Assembly (NCBI RefSeq): GCF_006345805.1
Contig: NW_021832813.1
Span: 1 to 32,602 of the forward strand
Direction of reading: 5' to 3'
From: Octopus sinensis
Taxonomy: Eukaryota
Length of the DNA: 32,602 nt
Positions 23,419-32,602 of this stretch are shown here, one piece after another (the first letter of the stretch is position 1; each line of letters opens with the position of its first letter). Both the position numbers and the translations under genes were made by a program. The notes beneath the pieces are model-generated. The model did not search any database. It worked only from the letters and a program-made list of their open reading frames with translations, and was not told where the DNA came from.

Positions 23419-23590
23419 TAATCCTTTCTGCTAACGGCACAAGGCCTGAAATCTGTGGGGAGGTGATTAGTCGATAAAATCGACACCAGTGTTTCACTGG
23501 TACTTAATTTATCGACCACGAAAGGATGGAAAACAAAGTCAACTTCAGCGAAATTTGAACTCAGTGCGTGAAGACAGAAGAAACACCGTC
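23419..23590 (-). mobile_element. Diverged family-1 SINE
   Basis: Reverse complement of the B-box, central domain and GGCCTTGTGCC tail. Confidence 0.8.
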
Positions 23591-23638
23591 TTAATAATAA
23601 TAACGATGATAATAATAATGATGGCGATAATAATGATG

Positions 23639-23718
<80 letters not shown>

Positions 23719-23827
23719 CACAATAATAATAATAATAATGCATACATACACGCACCTATGTATTATGTATGTACTATATATATATACGGACATATATATA
23801 CTATATATATACATATATACATACATA

Positions 23828-23912
<85 letters not shown>

Positions 23913-24407
23913 GTATTGGCAGGCACAGCATACAGCGAACGCCCACACGTGCTGAGAAATGAAAGGGAAACAAAGAAATGATAACAGACTTCTGAAGAAA
24001 TGTTCAAGTGACGAAAAACACCAATCGTAAACCTAGACACGAGTGAGTGATGTTTGTGATACCAATATTGTGATATGGGTGCCTGTGAATTAGGGTGGAG
24101 AGGTGTGTAGAATGAAAGCAAAATAGAAAATAGAAAAGCTGTACGTGGAACAATTAAGCTGGAAACGAGAGAAATGTAACACGAGCGATAGAAATAAAAA
24201 TGACAGAGACAAAAGGAAGTGAGTTGGAGAAGACAATTAAAATAAGAGAAAAAGACAGTGTGGGAGAAGTAGGTACAGAGAAGAGAGTGTTGCCGGAGAT
24301 CGGAGAGGTTGGTTGGTAAACAGAGATAAAAGGAAATAATACAAAAGTGGCAATGAAATGGGAAGAGAGAAACAGGCAAGAAGTAGGAAAACAGAAAGTG
24401 ACAAGAA

Positions 24408-24453
<46 letters not shown>

Positions 24454-24693
24454 GGGAGAGAACGAAACTCTGTGTGAGAGAGAGAGAAAGAGAAGAGAGA
24501 ACGAAACTCTGTGTGAGAGAGAGTATGAAATAGGAACAAAATTGTTATAGAAAGCTAGTAAAAAGGCGATGGTGAGAAAGAAGAGAGAAACATAAAGAAA
24601 AAACATCATTTAGGCATCATGCCAGTTCTTTTGAGGGCAGGGTATTGGTACTTCAGTTTATAATAATAATAATAATAATATTAATACTAATAC

Positions 24694-24747
<54 letters not shown>

Positions 24748-25173
24748 GGATAATAGTAAAATCTCAGAAAGAGAATGAAGAACCAGACAAAGAGAGCAAC
24801 TCTCCACGAGTCAACCAAAACACGCAACGTCTGGGGCAATAAACTGTAATGAACCTGGTAACTATAACGAGGAAAGTGGTAAAGAAGCGATATTTGAAGA
24901 CTACACATTCACTAGAGAACGTAGAGAGCCTATGATAGAACTGAAGCAGAAAATACCGAATAAGCTTCAAGTTGTACGACACGCCAATACGCTTGATAGA
25001 CAAACCATTTCATAAACACTCAATCCAAGAAACAAAACAAATTAAAATTGGAAACTACGGAGAAAAGGAAATCATACAAGAACTAAATCTAAATGAATTA
25101 AATTAAATTTCTTTACGCCGCTGCTAAGACAATTGAAACCCGTTGTATGCCACTGAAAAAACAAAGAAATACA

Positions 25174-25269
25174 AACCTTGCTCAAAGACACAACGCGTCG
25201 CCGGGAATTGAACTCACGGCCTTGCGATTGTGAGCCGAATGCCCTAACCACTAAGCCACGCGCCTTCAC
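25174..25269 (-). mobile_element. tRNA-derived SINE head (family 3, CORE-like start), 3'-truncated
   Basis: GTGGCTTAGTGGTTAGGG (A-box), GAGTTCAATTCC (B-box), TGTGTCTTTGAGCAAGG. Confidence 0.8.
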
Positions 25270-25387
25270 TACATATATATACATACACATAAAGAACAAA
25301 CACACACATATACAGGGTATTCAAAACGTCTCTCCGCAGTGAAATCAGCCTAGGAAGTGCTCACCCAGCAGTTAAAAAACCCATTAA

Positions 25388-25759
25388 ATTTTACGTACGT
25401 TATTTACGTTATTTACATTTATCGGATATTCGTCCTCATCTTGTTTGTTTTTAACACAACGTTTCGGCCGATATATCCTCCAGCCTTCTTCAGGTGTCTT
25501 GGGGAAATTTCGAACCTGGGTTCTCATTGCTAAGGTAGTTTTCGATGTTATTATTAATATTATCATTATTATTATTGTTATTGTTCAGGTCACTGCTTGG
25601 AATCGAACTCGGAATTTTGGGGGTTACTAGCCCGCGCTCTTAACCACTACACCATATGCCCATGGGCAAAGAAGATGAGGATAAATATCCGTCGAATGTA
25701 AATAAGGTAAATAATGTAAATAATGTACATAATTCCTCATCTCTGAAATATAGAAGAGT
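25388..25759 (-). mobile_element. Composite element: tRNA-Thr-like head + (AAT)n + Penelope-type terminus with hammerhead, plus an inverted terminal duplicate at 25671-25759
   Basis: See finding. Head 25662-25587, hammerhead 25498-25453, tail to 25388. Confidence 0.7.
25453..25498 (-). ncRNA. Minimal type I hammerhead ribozyme motif, canonical core
   Basis: GACAC-CUGAAGA-A-GGCUG(GAGGAUAUAU)CGGCC-GAAA-CG-UU-GUGUU: 5-bp stem I, 5-bp stem II, palindromic ACGU stem III, GUU cleavage triplet. Confidence 0.72.
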
Positions 25760-25965
25760 CTGGATAGATTCCTTCAAAGAATACCAGATAAGCCACCCAT
25801 AATTGGATACAACTCACCCAACAAGAACTCACTACTTGAACAAAACTTGACTTAAACAAAACTTGACTTAAACAGGATTCGAATAATCGTATCAGGTGGT
25901 GCTATTAAGTTAGACATGGCCTGGACCAATCTTTGGTCGAAACATATCTAAGTTATCTAAGTCAA
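25760..25965 (+). mobile_element. CR1/L2-like LINE 3' end fragment
   Basis: LDRFLQRIPDKPPIIGYNSPNKNSLLEQNLT*, a short 3' UTR and a tandem TATCTAAG tail. Clade assignment is from recalled similarity only. Confidence 0.5.
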
Positions 25966-26937
25966 CTTATGTATTCAAAATGAAGGACGACACTTTCAAA
26001 ACCTCTTATAAAAGTTTTTTAAAGTCTTGTAAAGTCTAATATATTCATTTGTAGTCTTATTCCATCTTTTAAATATTTATTTTGCAATAAAATACTGCGC
26101 CGAGGATTTTTTGAACACCCTATGTATGTACGTACATATGTAGGTATATATCTACAGTGTAGACTTCTCCATGTGGATAAATAACTACTTTATTATTTTG
26201 GGGCTGGTGGGTACAAAGGAGGGGAAGCTTTACTTCGTCTTTTACACTCTCTTTGATTCGAACCCAAAACGCAAAGAGCCGTAGGTAGCAAGTAGCTCAA
26301 TACATGTTTGTCCGATGCCGTAACGCTTCAACCACACCCAGCCCCCCCTGATCGTTATTTGCATTACCGTACTGGTTGGAAACTTGGTCAATAGCAACGA
26401 GGTGCGATTATAAAACGAAGCATGTAGAACTTGGTTGTAATCGCTTTAGTGTGGAAACTATAGATGGGAGAGTAAAGTGACAGATCCACATATATCTTAT
26501 GTATATATATATATGAGTGTGTATTTGTGCGTGTGTGTGTGTGTCAAAGACGCGTGCATGCTAAGCGTTAGAGACCTTACGTCTACCTGTGCATACGTCT
26601 GTCTAAGAACCAATATGTTTTCCTTTGTAGATATAAATGACTATTTCGTGTGCATGTACATTTAATTCTATTTGCACACACACATGTATGTATGTATGTA
26701 TGTATGTATGTATGTATGTATGTATGTATGTATGTGAGTGTGTGTGTGTACTTGCGTGTGTATGTATGTAGGGATATAAGTATATGGAGACAGGTTTAGG
26801 TGTGTATAAATCTCCTTGTACGTATGTACATCTGACTATTTATCTATCTATCTATCTCTGTCTCTCTATGTCTGTTTGTCTCTCTCTTTATATATATGCA
26901 TATATTTAGTTATGTATCTATCTATCTCTGTCTCTTA

Positions 26938-27089
<152 letters not shown>

Positions 27090-27694
27090 TATATGTGTGG
27101 TGTGTGTGTGTGTGTGTGTGTGTGTATAGATCAACGAAACTGTTGTCGGTAAAAGCTGGTCAACGTGAAAGCTTTCACTTCAACATGGCGGAATTATTGT
27201 TGCTGCTTTTTATATTTTTTTTTACAAAACCGTTAGAATGTCTAGAAGAGATGAAAATCTTTTACACTCCGTAATTACACCTGATGTGATGTACTTTTAT
27301 ATGACGACAGATATTCTTCAGGAGAGCATCAAACACGAACATAAGAAGCTACGAATAGACGAGATAATTTGAATGCACAAATAGAGTTACTGGAGCAGAA
27401 ATCATCGTAGACGTTTCTCTAATAGAATGTCTTAAACAATCCATGATGTAAGCAGAAAGTTGAACGCTTAAAGCTATAACACGCCATCTTTATAGCTGTG
27501 TTTTAATGAAATATTCTTGTTACGAGATAACCTTAAAACTATATATGATTTATTAAAATTGGTAAGCGTTTTTGCGTAACCCTTAATTGTGGGATTAACT
27601 CTTCTGTTTCTTAAATATGTTGTAACCTCAAAAAAAAAAAGAAAATAATAAATAATATTAGTCCACTTCAAATTTAATTATTTTTTATCTTTTG

Positions 27695-27890
27695 TGTGCA
27701 GCCATATTGGGAAATAACGGAAAAAGGTTTTAGTCGAATAGATGGACCCCATTTTGTACATTTCTCTTTCATGTTTAGTTTCTTATTCTATCGGTCTCTT
27801 TCACTGAGCCGCTCAGTTATGAGGTATAAACAAACCGACGCCGGTGAGGAACAAATACATATAAAGATACACGCATGTATTGGTATATAT
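27695..27890 (-). mobile_element. Degenerate 3' half of a family-2 SINE
   Basis: CTTATTCTATCGGTCTCTTT..GAGCCGCTCAGTTA..AAACAAACCG aligns with the reverse complement of ~19480-19620. Confidence 0.65.
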
Positions 27891-27956
27891 CCATCATATT
27901 ATCCATCAATCTATCTATCTATCTATCTATCTGTCACATATATAGATATATGTATC

Positions 27957-28027
<71 letters not shown>

Positions 28028-28454
28028 GTGTGTGTGTGTAAATTAATATACTGAGGTTAGAAATTGTTATCAATCAATTGACATCAATTTAAACCAGTGG
28101 TTCTAGCATATTCAAAAAAATCCGAAGATTTTAAAATTATACTACAATTAATAAGAGGAATGACCTCTAAAGTGGATTCCTATACGCTAGAAATAGAAAT
28201 CGCCTTACCACATAGAGTGTGTTCTCAAGAAGAAAAAAAAAACCCAGCACATATATAATGTACATAATTCCTCATCTCTGAAATATAGAAGAGTTAACTC
28301 ATCTATTGAAAATGAAGGACGATGCTCTCGACACGACACAACGAGAAAAAAATGGAAAACAGGATAAGTAAACACAGAGAAAGGACCCTTCATCAGTTGT
28401 CGGCTCTGTGTCTCCTCCTCATTTCTAGCATTCAACGACAATATGTGTATGTGT

Positions 28455-28558
28455 GTGTCTGTGGAGTACTCAGCCACTGGCACGTTAACTTCACGAGTAG
28501 GCTGTTCGGTTGATCGGATCGACTGCAACCCACGTCGTTGTAACCGACGGAGTGCCAC
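28455..28558 (+). mobile_element. Probable SINE 3' fragment
   Basis: GC-richer 100 bp island GTGGAGTACTCAGCCACT..GTAACCGACGGAGTGCCAC after a TG run. Resembles a recalled octopus repeat; there is no second copy in the window. Confidence 0.4.
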
Positions 28559-28819
28559 GGTCTACGAGTAAAAGTCTGCCGATCAAGAATTCTTTTAGTT
28601 AAACGGCGAAGAATAAGTTTCGGAATGAACTTTTGGTGAAACTGGAATCTTTGACGTCGAAGATTAAGCTAAATAGTTAAAGTTTGGATTTTAACAACAG
28701 CATTCGTATGTGTGTCACAAATTGATTTCACGCCAATAACAAAAAATGAACTTCGAAATATAATCCAATATCACACAGAATACGAAATTACAATTCCTGC
28801 CATACTCTTTCTTAATTTT

Positions 28820-28848
28820 CTCTCTTTTTCTCTTTGCTTATTTGTTTG

Positions 28849-28884
<36 letters not shown>

Positions 28885-28906
28885 GAGCAGCTCTGTCTAT
28901 TTCTTC

Positions 28907-28961
<55 letters not shown>

Positions 28962-29470
28962 GCTCTAAGTTGATCAGTTTGTCGCTTTTAATGTCACACA
29001 ACTCACTTTTTTGTCTTGCTCTCTCTCTCTCTGTCTCGATCTCTGTTGCTCTCCCCTATCTTTGTTCTGCTTTATTTCTCTCTCTCTTACCATCTCTCTC
29101 TTGCTTGCTCTCTTTGTTACTCTCTCTCCCACTCGTAACCACTCCCTCTCGCTCTTACCTTCTCTCTCTTTTGCTCACTCTAACTATTTCTCACTATTAC
29201 GCTCTCCTTCACTTTCTCTCTCTCTCCCCTTGCTCTTCCTCTTCCACTTGCTCTCTATAAATCTTACCCTCTCACTCTCTCTCTTGCTCATTTTCCCTCT
29301 TGCTCTCTTTCCCTCGTTCTCGCTCTCACCTTCTCCCTATTTTGTTCTTTCTCGTTTTTGCTCTCTCTCTTAAACTTTCTCTAACTCGTACCTCTCTCTC
29401 TCTCTTTCATGCTCCTTCTCTCGCTCCTCCTCCCCTCTCATCCTCCCTCCTCTCCCCACCTCTCTTTTCA
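28820..29470. repeat. (CT)n, (CTTT)n and degenerate pyrimidine-rich tract
   Basis: Directly visible. Confidence 0.9.
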
Positions 29471-30489
29471 TAACCTGTTCTAACTCTTGCTCTTTCACGC
29501 TCTTCTAAACTGAAACAATCTGTCATTTTCATAACTCTATAAACCAGACCGTCTCTCAAACAAACAAACAAACAAACAAAAACAAACAAAAAAAAAAACA
29601 AACAAACAAACAAACAAATAAACAAACAAAAGTCGTGTTTACTTTGCATAAAAAAAAACAAAGCAAAAGTCTTCGCTATTTTTTTTTTTGTTTTTAGATA
29701 TCCTAAATTATTTATCAAACAATCGATGAGAAAATCAAATAGAGTAAAACAAATAAACAAATACACAAATAAACGAGGAATAAACAAAAATTAATTTCTT
29801 ACGGAAACAGCTGTAAAGTATTTTAATTAATCTTGTTTGCATGATAAAATTGTTTGTTTAGATTTTGAAATTGGAGGGGTGGGGAGAGGAATCTGTGACA
29901 ATAACATCACGATAAAAATAAATAAGTAAATGAATGAATAATTTCGAAACAGTGTCAAATAAATCGATTAAGTCTCAGACTAAATGCGTAATGTATTTAT
30001 TTTATTTTTCTGCTTGCCTTTAGGATTTGAGATCAAATCCCGCCGAAGTTATTCTCTGTTTTTTTTTGTTTTTATTTTTATTTTTATTTTTATTTTCGTT
30101 CTTATCTATTGCTCCGAAAATGCCTTGATTCAATCGACAATTTACTCACTCTTAATCAAATTGTCTCTGCGCTTTAGAAAGAAATCGATATCAATAGATT
30201 ATAGGGCAGTGAATTGGCACAAACTGTAGATCGATATAGTAAATATATTTGTAGTTTTTTTTTTCCCTCTCAATTTCTTATTTTAAAATCCTCACGATTT
30301 CGAATGTTGATCTTTTTTATCCCTCTGGGTTTGATAAAGCATCACTCAATTTTACACCTTCTCTTACGATGGGCTTGCATTCAGATTATATATATACATG
30401 ACAACAGATGGATTGCGGTTCACTACAACTGTTTCTGACGTGTTTTTTTTTATCGATGAACAGAAGTGTTGCATTATGTACTTTAGTGA

Positions 30490-30692
30490 AAGGCGGGCGA
30501 GCTGCCAGAAACGTTAGCGCGCCGGGCGTTATCTCGTCTGTCTTTACGTTCTGAGTTCAAATTCCGCTGAGGTCGACTTTGCCTTTCATCCTTTCGGGGT
30601 TGTTAAATTAAGTACCAGTTGCGTACTGGGGTCGATCTAATCGACTAGCCCCCTCCTCAAAAATGTTGGGCCTTGTGCCTAGAGTAGAAAAG
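30490..30692 (+). mobile_element. Near full-length family-1 SINE (tail type 2) with a 17-bp TSD
   Basis: ATTATGTACTTTAGTGA (30473-30489) and ATTGTGTACTTTAATGA (30693-30709), 2 mismatches. Confidence 0.92.
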
Positions 30693-30727
30693 ATTGTGTA
30701 CTTTAATGAGTATATCTGTCGACTTTA

Positions 30728-30858
30728 TCCGGGGTCGACTTTACCTTTTAGCCTTTCGGGGTCGATAAAATAAGTACCAGTTGAATACTGGGGTCGATGT
30801 AATCGACTCTTCTACTTCAGAAATTGCTAGCTATGTATCAACATTTGAAAATAATACA
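30728..30858 (+). mobile_element. 5'-truncated family-1 SINE (type-3-like tail)
   Basis: GGGGTCGACTTTACCTTTTAGCCTTTCGGGGTCGATAAAATAAGTACCAGTTG. Confidence 0.8.
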
Positions 30859-30939
30859 TAATTCAGGACTGTTATTTTGCAAAGTTAATTATGTAGCCGT
30901 GTGCCCTACAGTTTCTTAAAAGCGAGTATCATACAATAA

Positions 30940-31182
30940 TGGTCTGGTGGTTAGGGTGTTGTACTCACGATGGCCCTATCGTCGGTTCGACTTCCGGACT
31001 GAGCGGTGCGTTGAAATCTTGAACAAAGCACTTCATTTCACGTTGCTCCACTCAGCTGTAAATGGATCACTCTGCAACGGAAGAAATATCGGTCTGCTCG
31101 CCTAGCCACCAAGGTGGCACCATTCGAAAGCTAAGACGACTCAAAGCGCATTGTGACCAGCGATGTATAAGAACAGTCTGAT
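30940..31182 (+). mobile_element. Family-3 tRNA-derived SINE (CORE-like)
   Basis: GTGGTTAGGGTGTT (A-box), GGTTCGACTTCC (B-box), AAAGCACTTCATTTCACGTTGCTCCACTCAGCTGTAAATG. Confidence 0.75.
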
Positions 31183-31669
31183 CGATCACTTGATGATGAG
31201 AATGTAGTAGAGTAAGTAAGGTGGAGGATTACATAAGGTAGATGATCTAGTGGGTTTTTAGAATGGGTAGGTAGATGGCGAAAAGAGTTGATAGACAAAA
31301 CGGTGATGAATGTGTAGATAGATGAGTGGATAGATGACCGTTTATGTTTAGATAAATATGTTCCAAGTTTTAACCGAACCACAAAGAAATTGAACTTAAA
31401 TTGACAGGATAACAGAGTATAACCAGGAGCAGAGTACAACCAGCCGTCACTCGCAAGCAACTGGGATGGGTTGTATGCATTATGCTTTCGCTAATTTTTC
31501 GAGGTGACTTTGTAGATGTAAACAAGCCAAGAGAGATTCATGGTCTTATAACACTTGACTTAGTAGCACAAACAGATAGTTGGATGGTGTGTATGTGTGT
31601 GTGTGAGAGAGAACGAGAGAGAGTGAGAAAGAGAGAGAGATAAAAAGAGAGAAAGGGAGAAAGTGTCAA

Positions 31670-31824
31670 CTTCTGGTTGGTGCTCATTTACATGTATGTA
31701 CTTTGCATTAACGTGAAATGAAGTGCACTCGTGAAGGATCCATCGCGTTTCCTGCAGGCAGAGTTGAAACACTGACATTATAATCACGAGCCGATCACCC
31801 TAACCACTAAGCCATGGTACCTTC
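31670..31824 (-). mobile_element. Diverged family-3 SINE
   Basis: Reverse complement reads ATGGCTTAGTGGTTAGGGTG...GCACTTCATTTCACGTT...TGTAAATGAG. Confidence 0.7.
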
Positions 31825-32602
31825 GTTACGGAAACGAAACACTCATCAATTTTGCAGTGATCAGGCATGGGTATTGATTTCTCCCCAGGGGTTTCGAAGC
31901 TAGCAAATCGCCATATTGCAAAATTTTAAAATAACTTTTTGCTGTATTCCATCCATAATTGATTAAAATTAAATTAAATTCTTGGGTTGGCCGGAATCGA
32001 ATTTGAAGATAATTATTATTTCTGACAATTATGGGTACGATTTTAATTAATTAAGATAATTATTCGCCTCACTACACCAACTATGAGAGCAGCTATAACA
32101 AACCAGCAGAAATCCACAGTATTAGTAATAACATGCGAAACCTTAATAATCTCGCTTGATAACTGCAAATCTTATCAACACTGTCAGGTCGCTCCCTCTT
32201 TCTCTCTCAGCATTTCTCTGTCTCTGTCTGTTTGTCTGTCTGTCTGTCTCTCTTTATCTTCGGTCTCACTATCTCACAAATATACTTCTTCCGTTATTGG
32301 ATATTTTCAGCGATACATTCGTCACTCCGTTTTCAGAGTACTGGAAAGTAGTGTAAGAAAGGATTCACACATGAAGTTATGTGAGTGGATATATATATAA
32401 TATATTATATAATATATATATATAAATAGATGAGTGTATTTTACCTTGTACAATTAACACGGAAAAGAATGAATATTACCAGGGCAGCAAAATCTCACAA
32501 GTAAAGATTGTAACTCCTTGTTTATAAAGGTTGAAACTTCGTGTTACGTTGAATATTTTGAATAATATGAATAAAAAAATGAGTTAACGCAGGTTAAACA
32601 GG

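Larger units (their letters stand above)
25311..26122. mobile_element. Tc1/mariner-type TIR element (MITE-sized) interrupted by later insertions
   Basis: TA-CAGGGTATTCAAAACGTCTCTCCGCAGT (25311-25340) versus the reverse complement of ACTGCGCCGAGGATTTTTTGAACACCCTA (~26094-26122). About 230 bp remain after removing 25388-25965. Confidence 0.5.

Noticed and set aside
24455-24522. Twice-repeated GAGAGAACGAAACTCTGTGTGAGAG
   Set aside because: A simple slippage duplication within a GA tract; not CRISPR-like.
25587-25662. Possible genuine tRNA-Thr(AGT) gene
   Set aside because: The acceptor stem cannot pair; treated as a SINE-like head.
28380-28420. Minus-strand CTGATGAAGG, a hammerhead core half
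   Set aside because: No downstream stem II or GAAAC, so the motif is incomplete.

Overview
Eukaryotic, AT-rich, microsatellite-saturated DNA. The SINE families, Penelope-type termini and repeat density point to an octopus (coleoid cephalopod) genome; this is an inference from recalled repeat families, not a database hit. I can identify no host protein-coding gene with confidence, and there is no CRISPR array, rRNA or functional tRNA. Most of the supplied ORFs are translations of microsatellites. The real content is mobile DNA: (1) an apparently full-length ~5.9 kb L1/Tx1-clade LINE (ORF1 with CCHC knuckle; ORF2 with APE endonuclease, RT and C-terminal CCHC), flush against (CTAT)n at both ends and broken only by small indels; (2) a mariner with TIRs carrying a ~420 bp inverted copy of its own 3' end; (3) about 15 tRNA-derived SINE copies from at least 3 families, including a nested cluster with two recognisable target-site duplications; (4) R4/Dong-type LINE fragments in (AAT)n, a CR1-like 3' end and a triple-C2H2 remnant; (5) three hammerhead-ribozyme-like motifs in Penelope-type repeats. 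The best candidate for something new is a composite element at 25.39-25.76 kb: a tRNA-Thr-like pol III head joined to a Penelope-type terminus with a canonical minimal hammerhead core. All coordinates, alignments and translations were done by eye.
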